A stretch of 63,854 nucleotides of DNA, filler included, from Diploschistes diacapsis (lineage: Eukaryota): the NCBI GenBank assembly GCA_023645945.1. It is 11 parts of 11 records of this genome, joined end to end, with 100 filler letters (N's around TTAATTAATTAA, not from the genome) between each part and the next. Parts side by side here need not be neighbours in the genome. Positions count along the whole stretch, not along the records: positions 48,968 to 52,624 come from JALAIB010001877.1; positions 52,725 to 56,377 come from JALAIB010001878.1; positions 56,478 to 60,129 come from JALAIB010001879.1; positions 60,230 to 63,854 come from JALAIB010001880.1; 7 more parts are not named here. One strand, given 5' to 3'. Below are positions 48,868-61,036 of the stretch, in pieces. A model generated the notes under the pieces. That model had not been told where the DNA came from. It searched no databases and was given only the letters and a program-made list of their open reading frames with translations. The translations under genes were made by a program, and so were the position numbers. The stretch's first letter is position 1; every line of letters begins with the position of its first letter.

Positions 48868-50433
48868 NNNNNNNNNNNNNNNNNNNNNNNNNNNNNNNNN
48901 NNNNNNNNNNNTTAATTAATTAANNNNNNNNNNNNNNNNNNNNNNNNNNNNNNNNNNNNNNNNNNNNGGCAGGGAAGACGGGGGAGAAGGAGTGTGTTTG
49001 GCTTGGGGTTGGTTTTCGGAGATGGGCGAGGTGGATGGTGCGGGTGTATAGGGATGGGGAGGTATAGGCAGAGCAAACGGGGTGCAGAAAGATTTTATGC
49101 AATAACCGCGTTGCGACGTATGGATGGAGAAGCACTCGCGATTTTCAATTCGATGAGAGACGAAGAGCTAGTTGCCTTGTAAATACCTGGGTTTTTTGGG
49201 GAGACTTCATTCTCCATTTGTACTTTCGGCAGCAGCTCATAGTTGACTCATCGTGGCGTCGCCACGACCTGGATGCGTGGTTCACTTGATGATTCTTAGG
49301 GTATGCGTATAGCTTTGGTATTAGGCAGCGCAGGCTTGCGCAAGCCCATCTGAGCCGAAGAGAAGCCGTTCCTGCTGGCTGAGTCACTCTTCTGTACCGA
49401 CTAGAATACTAGGTACATTGTAGGTGATTCTCCCTGTGCTCGCGCCTCGATATGAGAAGTGCGCAAGTCACGGGTGAAAGATGCATAGTGCGATGCACGA
49501 TGGAGCCAGGAATGCAGTGTAAGGGGGAGGAGAGACATGCAGCATACAGCAAACGCAGACAAGTCACGAACAAATAGAATTAAGCTTATGATCCTCATTC
49601 ATGACTCCGGTTCAGACGTCAAAACGCTCTCCATCCCATTGACCTCCTTTTGCTGTCCACATCCTTTATCATCCAAGTCTCTTCATGATAAATCTCTCAT
49701 GCCATTACCAGCCCCCCTTGCCCCCGCGGCGGTCGCTCGGTTGTGCCACTTGGTGCGAGGGCGCAGCAACAGGGAGAAAGAGCTTACAATACAACAACTG
49801 CTCCGAAAGAAACAATCGAAGAAAAGAGAAGAAACAAATTAAAAAAGCTGTTCTTATGTTGGGCCAAGATGTTGCGCGATCCCAAGGGAGGAGTGGAGCT
49901 GCAGGCCATTCCATTGTTAGTGTTGTTGGTATTGGTCGCAAAGAAGCTTTCACAACTGTACTGCAGCCCAACAGAGCTGATTGGGGGCCGTCGGCAAGAA
50001 CAAGGAGAGGAGACAAGAGAAGAGAAGAGAAGAGAAGAGAAGAGCCATTGGCCGTTTCAGACTTTTCCGCTCGCTGTCATTGATTCCGTCTCTCCCCTGA
50101 AATATCTTGTCATCGTCGTTGAGTGCACTTCGCCAGTGTTGGATCGTTTTGGCATTGGATATAAGGAGAAGCTTTCTAAATTTGCAACCGCCACGATCCT
50201 GATGCGACCATTAGCTTAATTATCTTCAACACCCTTGTTAGCTGATTGATCTCTCATCTCAAGAAACTCGTCTTTCTTCTTTGGTAATCTTCTGCAAAGC
50301 AAGCTCAGTGGGATCTTGCAACACTTTTTGGTCCTGAATGCTGATCGCTAACCGGAAATGCCTGTGACTCGGATGCACAAAGCTTGAGCAACAGCAACCG
50401 TGGCTGCGCCTTCCCGAGAGGGACTACTGAACT

Positions 50434-52624
50434 ATGGCTGTTTCTTACCGTGCTCAGAACATTAGCCCACCGTCTCCTGCATTCACAGATCCCGACATGA
50501 TTTTACCTTACACTCCCAGGCACCGTGACTATCAGTCTCCTTCACGGACTGTGATCCCTCGGGCGGTTGGGCCAGACATGGCGGTAGCGGCGCAAGGCTC
50601 GAGCTTGACCCCTCCACTGTCGAGCAAGACTTCTAGACCTACCATGCCCGGCGCATGGCAGAATGAGGGGGATCTAGGCTCTGCGCTGCATCAAAATTCC
50701 TACAAATCCGTTCCGCGACCCATAGGGACCAATAATGTCTCCAAGAGCTCAAGTTCGAAATTTCTTTACACGCTTGATCCCAAGCTTCGTGCTGGTCTTG
50801 GAGTCGAGGCCCCAGTGTACTCACCGAGCATCTATTCTCCGACCGACTCGGAGCTCGCGCAGAGGAGTCCGTACCAGGAAGAGCTGCCTAAGACGCCCAT
50901 CGACAAATCGGCTGACGAGCCGGAAGATCTCGAAGAGGCAGCGAGGTTCAGAGCCTTTCTCGAGCAGAACGACGACGATGAAGATGACAGTTCGCTCGAT
51001 CTCCGGGCAGAGGAGATCCTTGCAAACGCCAAGAAGAGGCTGGCAGTAAGTCACAAGAGTTTGATTGTGGATTTGTACTAATTGGAGCAGGAAATGGAAA
51101 ACAACCTGAACCGCGCTCGTTCGTTGAGCGTTGGGCGATCAGTTTCTGTGAATCCGGGAGCCGAGGCGAATGCAATTGGTGAAAAATGGGTGGTTAATTC
51201 GACGAAGCTGAGGGGGAGCAAGAGCTTTACTGCCGGCAATGTTCAACATTCGAGGGTCTTCAGCGATACTTCGGTACCAAATCCGAAGCCCGCTCTGGGG
51301 TTTTCGAGTCTGCAAAGTGGGGAGAGCGTGCGTTCTGCTAGCGCAATGGGTGCCATGAGTGGAAACAACCTGGTGTCTTCTGGACCCCCACCAGGGCAGA
51401 GTCGCAGACAGCTCGAGCCGCTGCACGAGGATGACCTGCTGCACAGCCCAGTGGAGGAAACCAACAGCAAACACGAAGAGACACAAGAGCGGCGAAGATC
51501 CAAACCACAGCTCTGCGATCTACAAGCGCAGATGCAAGATCTGAAGGGCAAGATTGATTCGTTGAAGCAAAGGACGAAAGAAGATAGTGTCCGGCGGAGA
51601 AGTGTTCAGCCCTTCAAGCCAAGCCCTTTCACAAACGCCGACGTGTCTAGCAACTCTGCCGCCTACGTTAACCACTCACGACATCGCTCAAGAGGTTCAG
51701 AGGAACATTCGCCGGACCGCTCCGACAAGTTCCTCGGAGAAAACCACTCGAGAACAATCGCGGATTTCGACAAACAGGGTGAAACCCCCGAGCCATCGCC
51801 GAGTCTGCTCGTCAAAATCAACACCAACGAGAAGCACGACGACGCAGCAACAATTGACACTTACTTTGACACCCAATCCCACGACGACAACCCCGACATT
51901 GGTGGGGCCCGCATCGAACCCGGCAGAGACCGCTCTCTCCGAGGCATCGACCCCTCCAAAGCCACCGACAACTTCTCCCCGCACTCGCAACACGTCGAAT
52001 TCGGTAACGCCGACGATCTCTCGGCCGAGCCCTCTCCCGCAACGCCAAACTACGAAGCAGATTTCCTCGCCCATCTTCCCACTCCTTCCTTACCCACCCC
52101 GCACGAACAACGTCCCGACGCCTTCGACTACGAAACCTACGTCCTCAACTCCACCATGGGCTCCTTTTCGCGCCAGGGCCATCACTCGCGCACCAGCTCC
52201 ACCTCTTCCACCGGCACCGTCTCCACAGCAAAACCCACTCACGACACCCACCCTGCAAAGAATCCCGCCCAGCCTTCGAACGGCGACCATGTCTCGCCCA
52301 TCAGACAACGCCGCCATGACAGCACCTCTTCTGTTTCCACGACAGCGACATTTGCCACCGCCGCCTCCGGCCCCCGTGTCCAGCCTATGCGCTCGGACCG
52401 AGATTTACGCAATGGTTTTGCACACGAAACCACCTCTGCCGGCACCGCAGACGGCTATCTCGCACCCACGCTCCCGTCTTCGTCCGTTGTGCAGACAGCC
52501 CACGGCTCCCTTAACACACCTCCCATGCCTTTTACACTACCACAACAACAACAACAACAACAACAACCGCAACGACAGCATCCGCAGCCGCCCTCACAAA
52601 GACCCCCACCACCCGCCCCCATCT
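50434..52624 (+). CDS. Conserved Pezizomycotina hypothetical protein (disordered, short coiled coils); intron 51046-51090; 3' truncated
   Basis: Splicing joins RAEEILANAKKRLA|EMENNLNRAR. Also present: PPSPAFTDPDMILP, LQAQMQDLKGKIDSLKQRTKEDSVRRRS, HEQRPDAFDYETYVLNSTMGSFS, and a polyQ (CAA)n near 52543. Confidence 0.8.
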
Positions 52625-52724
52625 NNNNNNNNNNNNNNNNNNNNNNNNNNNNNNNNNNNNNNNNNNNNTTAATTAATTAANNNNNNNNNNNNNNNNNNNN
52701 NNNNNNNNNNNNNNNNNNNNNNNN

Positions 52725-55700
52725 ATTTTAACGCCTTTTCGTTTCATAACGTGTTTTAAAAAGTCGACTTCTATTTTATAAAATGCGTATTTTTCTAATT
52801 TTAAGCGAAGTTCATACTTATCGAATCGTCGAAACATTTTCTTAATCTTTCGTCGATAATTTTCGAATGTCCCGTTAAAATAAACTAAAATGTCGTTTAA
52901 GTATAAGATAACGTACTCGTTTAGAATATCGCGTAATATATCGTTTATAAATTCCTATTCGGTAATTAATACGTTAATAAGTTTAAAAAATATTATTAAA
53001 TATTTAAATAACTCGTAACGTGTTCTAAATACTGTTTTCCATTCTTCGCCCTTTTTTATCTTAATGAAATTAAAGCCTGCTCGCTGGTCCAACTTCGTGT
53101 ATCATAATGCTCCATATAATCGATCTCGCAATTCCTAAATGTTCGATATGAAATAACGGTTCTTCACGATGATAACGTTAAGCTTCCGGAAGTCGATACA
53201 GGGTCGAAGAATCTGTCCTTTTCTGCCGTCAGGTTTCGATACGAAAATAATTAGAAATAATATTACTGATTTAAATTTACGAATATAACCTTTCTTGAAC
53301 ATTTCCTGAAGATATTGCTTAAAGAATTTCAATTTCATCGCTGATGCTTTATAAAAAGGTCCAAACTTTATGGTTTTTTCGTCCATAAGTTCGATAACAT
53401 GGTCCTAAAATTTGTGCTTAGGTAGTACTCATAAGCCTATCTCTTCCTAAAAGAGGTACAGCCATTAATAATACTCTTCAGAAATCTTTAAAAGATAGTC
53501 ATCTCCTTTCTTATCAATATTCTTATTTATCCGAATCTCTACCTCTCGTAACTAAATCTACTAATTAAGATTTTCCCTAATTCCGATTCGAAAAACATCG
53601 CACAATACTTTATCCGCATCTACCGAAATCGCCATAATCTTATACAAACGAAATATATTAACACATACACATCCGTCTAACTCAAAAATCCGTATCTTAA
53701 AATTAATCGTAGGATTATAAATATTCAACCAAAGATCTCCGAGAATAACTTCGTAAATAACCATATCTACTAAATCGAAAACAAATTCCTCAACATACCC
53801 TAAAATCCTTACTAACAACGGCAACGTACGCCTAATAACCTATATAACGTTACGTGCTACCACGGTTCCGAGTATGTATTTATTCGTAAATTCGCAATTC
53901 TTCATCTTCAACCGTTATACACAGGTAATTAAGATAACGTTCATAATAACACCAAAATCGATCAATACCCGCACGGCATGTCGATCTAATCCAATCTCAA
54001 AATCGACCCAAATTCGTCGTGTTTAAATCCGAATACCAACGCTTATATCTATAACACATAACTCTTCAGTTTAACTCACAACTAAAAAGCTTCGGCTTTT
54101 TCCATAATAAATTTATTCGTAAGATAAAAGCCTCCCTTATAATATTTACAATTCGCTACTTTACAGAACCGATAATTCTATAGCGCGTACTTAAAATACA
54201 TGGAATCTTCGTTAATCAAATTAAATTTTCGGGCTATACCGGCTCGTAATCTCCAGTCATAATGTACTAAAATCATACAATATTTATCGCGGCAATAATT
54301 AACTAGATATATCGTAACGTAACTAGGATGATCGTATCTCCCAATTCGACATATCTCGAAAACAAAATAAAACTCCGGTATAACGATCTTTCCGTTTTAT
54401 ATTAATAATTCTCCTCCGTTCTGTTTTCGTCCTAAACTATAATAATATAAATAACAACCCCGACTACTACAATCGTACAAAAAACGATGATCCTCGTATT
54501 ATAAATCTTTCAAAACGTTCTCGTAATAAGTTTAAAAAATTACGTCGATCGCAAATCGTCCGTACAACATATAAATCATTACTTCATGTTTCGGGAATTC
54601 GCACATACAGTCTTCACATTCGTCTAACATTATATAATCTAAATATGTTCGATCGTTAATAATAACAACCTTCCGTCGAAAATATTCTATTTTATCGATA
54701 ACGCGGTCACCAACATAAAACTCATACGATACGTCTTTATTTAAATCGTTGCGTAAAAATCCTCGAATATTTAATTTAACGTCAAGGATTAGATCACATA
54801 TCTAAATATCGGCGAATAATCGTTTCGTCGTTACTCTGTATTCCGTTACATCGTATATTAAAATATCGTTACTCTTCGAAACCTAATCTCCCGTTAATGC
54901 TAAAGCCAATAAAAACGTGGTTTCGATATCTTCATCAATTGAATCGTCGGTATCGCCCTACCAAACTATATTATCCGATTCAACTATAACTTCCTCTCAA
55001 GATTACCCGTCTATAAACCAATCCTCTATAAAATATTACGTAATTACGTTAAAATAATATTAATCCGTCACTACTAAAATCTCTTCCCTATAAACTTAAT
55101 TCTTGGATCTACAATCTCAAGCGAAATAACCTATCTTACCACATTCATAACATTTCTTTCCGTTAACTAAAAATCCATCACGAAATCCTCTAACTCGTTT
55201 CTTCTAATAATTAAAACGGGATTTGCCATTTAAGGCATCGAGATCCATAACGTCGTTATTTATGTATCTTGTATTTTACGTGTTCTTCACATAATTAATA
55301 CGGTAACGGGATCCTAGACCTACAATACCTCTCCGTCCAAAGCGACGTTCCTGATCTCGATTAAAAAGTCGATCGTCTATAACTATTACATATACTTATA
55401 AAACGTTTAAACTATTAATCTTATTCCAATTACGCATAAATTCGTCCTTAACACTATCCTTAAAACCTTCGCGATACATTTCCATCAAGGCATTATCGTT
55501 CCACTCAGTCCGTTTAAAATATTCCTAAAATTTTACTATATACTCTAAAGCTAATCCCTTCTAACATACCGTTTTAATAACTCGTACGACGTACTCTCTA
55601 TCGTTAATAATATCAAAAGCCAGTCGAATTTACTTTATAAAGTTTTCGTACCTTATAAACATTCCTAAGTTATCTTCTTACTTAAACAAATACGCATAGA

Positions 55701-56377
55701 AATATAATTCCATCCATATAAATACGCGGTCACGCATAAAACCTACAACGTAAACGATCTTTCCGCCTTCGACGCTATCAATACAAAAATCCCAGTAAAA
55801 GTTCAAAACGAGTTACAAAAACCAATACTCGAGCTTCTTACAATCTCCGCTATACTTATCAAATTTCTCAACCTTCATCCTAAATACGTTCTCGACTGCT
55901 TCATCGTCACTTCCTAAATCGTCGCCCTTAACTTCCGCGATATCCGTTATAAAAATATCGAAATCCGATATTACTTAAAATAATACGAATTTAACCGTCG
56001 TTGACGATCGCCCAATAATGCTTCCTACTATACTCATTCTTAAAAATGTTCAAGTGTTATAATCTCTATCTCTACAAAATAAACACGAGATATTAATCAA
56101 AATAAATTTAATCTCGTATAAAAAAAGAATAAAAAAAACAAAAAAAATAAAACTATCAAAAATCACAAACTATTCTCTAAAAATAATACTCAGCGATAAA
56201 AATAACGAATATAAATTAATCTCGAACAATAACTAAAGATATCTATAAAAATAAACACGCCCTAAACTCATAAAAACCATAACGACGTTCCTATATAACC
56301 AACAACTCCCTTAATAGAGTAAATAAATAAATAACTAGAACTACCGTTCTCCCCTTCTACCCACAATAGAATAAAAT
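52725..56377 (-). mobile_element. RIP-inactivated Ty3/Gypsy LTR retrotransposon: 5' LTR (56055-56377), gag from ~56037, protease, RT
   Basis: LTR ends ...ATAACA at 56055. Zinc knuckle CYECGKIGYFA*DC (55111-55153); protease VLIDFGV (ex-DSGA, ~53960); RT LRPCIDFRKLN..IVKNRY...[11 protein letters not shown]...VILYLNDILVY (ex-YLDD). Confidence 0.93.
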
Positions 56378-56477
56378 NNNNNNNNNNNNNNNNNNNNNNN
56401 NNNNNNNNNNNNNNNNNNNNNTTAATTAATTAANNNNNNNNNNNNNNNNNNNNNNNNNNNNNNNNNNNNNNNNNNNN

Positions 56478-57049
56478 ACCCTATATCGACTTCCGGAAGC
56501 TTAACGTTATCATCGTGAAAAACCGTTATTTCATATTGAACATTTAAGAGTTACGAGATCGATTATATGGAACATTATAATATACGAAACTAGACTAACG
56601 AGCAAGCTTTAACCTTATAAGAATAAAAAAAGGCGAAAAATAGAAAACGGTATTCAAAACACGTTACGGGTTATTCGAATATTTAATAATATTTTTTAAA
56701 CTTATTAACGCATTAGCTATCGAATAAGAGTTTATGAACGATATATTACGCGATATTTTAAACGAGTACGTTATTTCATATCTGAATGATACTTTGATTT
56801 ATTCTAACGGTACGCTCGAGGATTATCGAAAGAAGATTAAAGAAATATTTCGACGATTCGACAAGTATGAACTTCGCTTGAAATTAAAGAAATACGTATT
56901 TTATAAAACAGAAATCGACTTTTTAGAACACGTTATAAAACGAGAAGACGTTAAAATCGATTTAAAGAAAATACAATCGATTTTTAAATAATTAATCTTA
57001 AAGAACGTAAAAGATATTTAATCTTTCCTAAGATTCGTTAATTATAATC
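56478..57049 (+). mobile_element. RT fragment of a second copy of the same Gypsy family
   Basis: Aligns collinearly with the reverse complement of 52725-53203; differences are almost all C/T and G/A transitions. Includes VISYLNDTLIYS. Confidence 0.93.
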
Positions 57050-57292
57050 TAGGCTGGCCGTCACTAACCCTGACACGGCCGTGTCAGTGACACGGATACT
57101 AACAGTGTCAGTGTTCGTGTTTTAGATTTTTTAGCTGCGGTGTCCGTGTCCGTGGATTCACGGAAGTACAGTATCCGTATCAATGTCAGTGTTTTAAATT
57201 TTTTAATTGCAGTGTCCGTGTCAGTGTCCGTGTCGAGAAACTTTTTGCTGCAGTGTCCGTGTCAGTGACCGTGGCACGAAACGGCCAGCCTA
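57050..57292. mobile_element. MITE with 12-bp perfect TIRs and GTGTC(A/C)GTG subterminal repeats (probably hAT-derived)
   Basis: TAGGCTGGCCGT (57050-57061) and ACGGCCAGCCTA (57281-57292). Many internal GTGTCMGTG copies and an 18-bp palindrome CTGACACGGCCGTGTCAG at 57070-57087. No clean TSD. Confidence 0.8.
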
Positions 57293-57703
57293 ACTGCAAG
57301 CGTACTAGCATTTATTTATTGGCTATATTACCTCATTAGGGATCACAACTTCCACCCTTTTTAACAAATACCATAGGATAAGAAGCATTTATATTAAAAA
57401 AATTTAACTTCAAATTGACTGTGATGTTTACTTTACATTTAAACCCGATTTTAAAGCTATTGGGCTCCACACTTTGACAAATGACGCTTATGCCAAGAAC
57501 TGCCAACCCCATTCTATTAGTTTCTGCAATCTACTGTCACTAACTGAGAAAACCAAAAAGTAGAACTTTATTGGCTGATCAAGCGGATCAAGCTTGGGGT
57601 GTCCAGCGAGGTCGAGCATCCCAATGCAAAATAACACATCCACCCCACCCAGAAACTCTAGCCCTCGAAGAAACAAATTCCGCTTCTATTCTCAGAGTGC
57701 AAC

Positions 57704-59061
57704 ATGCCTGCACTTCTGAATACCCTTCTGATTGACGGATCCTTTGAAGAGCTTTCTGAAGAGTTAGCACAATACATTGATGATATCAAAAAGAAACAAG
57801 GTGATGAAGCGGCAAGCACTCGCAACGATATCACACCTTTTCTCCAACAAGGCAAGCAGGATGATGTTTTGAAAAAGCTTGTCTTGAGCAGCATATCTTT
57901 GAATGCTGCGCCTGAGAAAGGTATGATACAATCCCGATCCAGTATTTACATTCACTCATTGCAAGTTGTCCAGAATTCATAGCCGCCTATAACCTTCTTG
58001 TGCATCTCGTCCGTCAGTCGCCAGATCCGGACAAATTTCTGGCCAGGATATGCCAAAACTTATCGCAGCCCATACAATCTTCGCCTTATAACAGTACCGG
58101 ACTGGCATTGTCTGTATTGACCACCATATTCAATATTTTGCCACAGGATAACGAGACTCGTTTTCATATCTTCAGTGCCATCCTTGAGGTCATTCGAAAA
58201 ACCTCCTCGTTCGAGGCTTTGAAATCGCAGCTTGCAAATCTAGATAATTGGTTGGCTCTCTGGGAGAGCGACGATGAAGACAGACTAAAGATATACCTCA
58301 AGGTGTCCGAAGTAGCAGAAGAAGCGGGAGAACGAGAGGAGGCCTATGTTTATCTACTGCGTGCTCTGCGCACCTTATCGTCTCAAGTGGCTGGGACTAA
58401 GGAGGCTAGGGAGCTTGCTACTCGAGCACTCAAGTTGGCGCTTTTGGATCCTTTGCATTTTGACTTTCAAGACCTCACCGCCTTAGACTCTATCCAAGCC
58501 TTACAAAAATCGGAGCCCATTTTCTTCGAGCTATTAGAGATATTCAGTGCAGAACAAATCGACGAATACAACGACTTCCTCGAGGAGCACAATGGTTGGA
58601 TTGAACAACAGAAGTTGGATAGTTCCGTTCTGGAGCGTAAGATGAAGCTTCTTACCCTAGCTTCTCTGGCGGCTACAACGCAGTCACGATCTCTACCATA
58701 CCAGCACATATCCCGCGTCCTACGGATTCCACCCCATAATGTTGAGACGTGGGTTATTGATGTTATTCGTGCGGGTCTGGTGGAAGGGAAGTTGTCTCAA
58801 CTCAACCAGACTTTTCTTATACACCGTAGCACTTACCGTGTTTTCGGAGAGAAGCAATGGACGGAGGTTTCATCGCGTCTCGATGCTTGGCGGAGTAGTT
58901 TGGAAGGGGTTCTTGGAGTGATAAGGCAGGAACGCGAAAAAATGTTTAGGGAGAAAGAAAGGGAAATCGGAGAAGTGGAAGGCAAGCTTAACGGCCCAGG
59001 AGGAAGCATCATGAGTGGTGTCCCAAGGCAAGCGCGGAAGATTGATCACGCGCTTGAATAG
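57704..59061 (+). CDS. eIF3m: Eukaryotic translation initiation factor 3 subunit M (PCI domain); intron 57921-57973
   Basis: MPALLNTLLIDGSFEELSEELAQYID...LNAAPEK|EFIAAYNLLVHLV...LALSVLTTIFNIL...HFDFQDLTALDSIQAL...LERKMKLLTLASLAA...VETWVIDVIRAGLVEGKLSQLNQTFLIHRSTYRVFGEKQW. Confidence 0.95.
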
Positions 59062-59313
59062 AGAAGATCGCAGTGAAGTTTATGCAGGATGATTGTGAAG
59101 CTAGGTGACTAATGAATCCTCATGTTCTCATGGACGTTAAAAACTCTCCCAAACCCGGATCCCAAATGACATTTTAAATATAGCCACACAGCCAAGCCGT
59201 ACCACGTGGGACGGGGAAACTCGCCACCCCTAAACTTGGCCATTTGATATTATAATTTTAATTTTATTTAATGTTATTTAATTATGTCGACTTCGCATCG
59301 TAATATCTCAATA

Positions 59314-59523
59314 ACGTGTTTCACCACTTAACGGATCACACCACAAAGCGGCTCACTACAATATAATGTAGATGCGCTAGATAAGTTTAAGCGAGCTTTT
59401 GAGCCCCACAACCACACATAAAATTATTTGTACGAAAGGTGAAAATGTTAAGAAATACTATTTACGAAGGTGCAGGGATTGTGAGCCGCTTTGTGGTGTG
59501 ATCCGTTAAGTGGTGAAACACGT
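59314..59523. mobile_element. 210-bp Tc1/mariner (Fot1/pogo-type) MITE with 43-bp perfect TIRs and TA target duplication
   Basis: TA|ACGTGTTTCACCACTTAACGGATCACACCACAAAGCGGCTCAC (59314-59356) and its exact reverse complement (59481-59523)|TA. Each TIR contains two imperfect direct repeats (CCAC...CGG.TCAC). Confidence 0.92.
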
Positions 59524-60288
59524 TATTAAACCATCAAAAAAGCTTACTAATGAGCAGATAGGCGGAATACATGGCTGGGAAAGTTCAGCTGAAGTTATTG
59601 AGATTCCCGCTAATCCGGATTACAAAAAATGTAAATCTGTAAGGAGGACATGATGGATGGATGATGATTGATTGAAGGATGAAGACGAGCTCCTCTAAAA
59701 GACTATGGCCCCTTGGCCCAAGCAACGTCAAGCCCATGGAAACCTATTAGGACTACATGCCGGTCCCGTGACAAGTGCCTCTTTCTCCGAAAGGCATTGC
59801 CCCAATGGCCTCTATACTTCTACTTTTTAAAAGTATATTTATAGCTATAGGCGATCTGGAAAGTAATTTAATTGCAAGTTCCAGCTCAGTGCGCGATATT
59901 TGCCATTCTAAAAAATTAAAAGCCTATAGAAACTTTTGGTGACAAAAGCCCTAAAGCAAATGCTTAAAATGTAACAGATACCTGTGACAGTCCTCCGGGC
60001 GAGCGGAGGATCTCGGCCCTAGCACCGCGCCAAGGCCGCAGGCCTACATAAGGAATTTTTTTAGAAAGAAGTTTCTTACTTTTTTTTCTAAAGATTAGTT
60101 TATAAATATTATAACTATTATTATTATATNNNNNNNNNNNNNNNNNNNNNNNNNNNNNNNNNNNNNNNNNNNNTTAATTAATTAANNNNNNNNNNNNNNN
60201 NNNNNNNNNNNNNNNNNNNNNNNNNNNNNCCCTTTCCTACCCACCAGATGGAAGCCTTGTGTCGAATACTGAAAGGGATAGTAGGCCT

Positions 60289-60639
60289 TTAGACTGTCAT
60301 GACTTCGATGCAGCCGTTGTTGTTGGTAACGCCGTTGTCGCCGTTCTTGATGCCCGTCTTGCTGCTAGCCTTGCTCCCATTCTTGTTTTCCACGCCTTTC
60401 TTGCTATTCCCTTTGCTTGCTTCTTTTCTGCCATGTTTCCCCTTCTTGCTGCCGTCTTTGCCGTTGCCGTTGACGTTGCCGTTACCATTTTTCTTACTGG
60501 CCTCCTTGCCATTGCCACTGCCACTCCCATTACCGTTGCCATTCCCGTTCTTCTTGCTATTTCCTTTGCTTTCCTTCACACTTCCCTTCTCGCTTCCCTT
60601 TGCGCTGCCTTCTTTGTTGTCCGCTGAGCTCCCCTTCAT
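60289..60639 (-). CDS. Possible low-complexity K/G/N/S-rich ORF (116 aa)
   Basis: MKGSSADNKEGSAKGSEKG...KKNGNGNGNGSGSGNGKEASKKNGNGNVNGNGKD. It may simply be repetitive sequence that stays open in several frames. Confidence 0.3.
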   Translation of the reverse strand: MKGSSADNKEGSAKGSEKGSVKESKGNSKKNGNGNGNGSGSGNGKEASKKNGNGNVNGNGKDGSKKGKHGRKEASKGNSKKGVENKNGSKASSKTGIKNGDNGVTNNNGCIEVMTV

Positions 60640-60892
60640 ACTCTCTTTCTCTTCCGCTTTGGCAACAGTACGGCGAACCGATTTAACCACAAAAAGATCC
60701 GGAAAGAACTGAGAATATAGATCAAATCTAATAGTTAGCGCAAAGAAAAATATGCCTTCGCACAAGCGATGAAACGCAACAGTATTCTAGACTACTCGAG
60801 TTCACTATCGTACAAGGGGTAACATGACGGTTCTTTTTTCTCGTGTAGGGGCATAAGCGCACGGGTGGCTTCGGAGCGAAGCAGAGGTAGTG

Positions 60893-61036
60893 TTAGTCTG
60901 CTTCCTCGTCTACCGTCCGTCGCCGCCCAAAGATGCTCACTTGGTTTTGTACCGCGTAGATGAGGTATGCGACGAGCGCAAGGATGATGAAGAGAACGAT
61001 GACGATTATCGCAATGGTGACGTTTTCTTGAACCAT
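60893..61036 (-). CDS. 47-aa single-pass membrane microprotein
   Basis: catcATGg context; MVQENVTIAIIVIVLFIILALVAYLIYAVQNQVSIFGRRRTVDEEAD*. One long hydrophobic helix and a charged tail with C-ending codon bias; below the ORF-track length cut-off. Confidence 0.65.
   Translation of the reverse strand: MVQENVTIAIIVIVLFIILALVAYLIYAVQNQVSIFGRRRTVDEEAD

Larger units (their letters stand above)
26181..60229. other. Ten artificial 100-bp contig spacers (N44-TTAATTAATTAA-N44)
   Basis: At 26181-26280, 29977-30076, 33769-33868, 37552-37651, 41328-41427, 45100-45199, 48868-48967, 52625-52724, 56378-56477 and 60130-60229. The 12-mer places stops in all six frames, and the enclosed contig lengths decrease monotonically. 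Confidence 0.98.

Noticed and set aside
29598..52680. ORF-track proteins ending in X...LIN, and long antisense ORFs over STE12, CAC1 and the 50.4-kb gene
   Set aside because: These are read-through into the spacer, or shadow frames of GC-rich real genes.
52725..57049. Large inverted repeat formed by the two Gypsy RT copies
   Set aside because: The copies are on separate contigs, so orientation and proximity are artefacts.
59983..60129. Possible LTR start (TGTGACAG...) leading into AT-rich sequence
   Set aside because: Too short before the contig end, and there is no partner LTR to confirm it.
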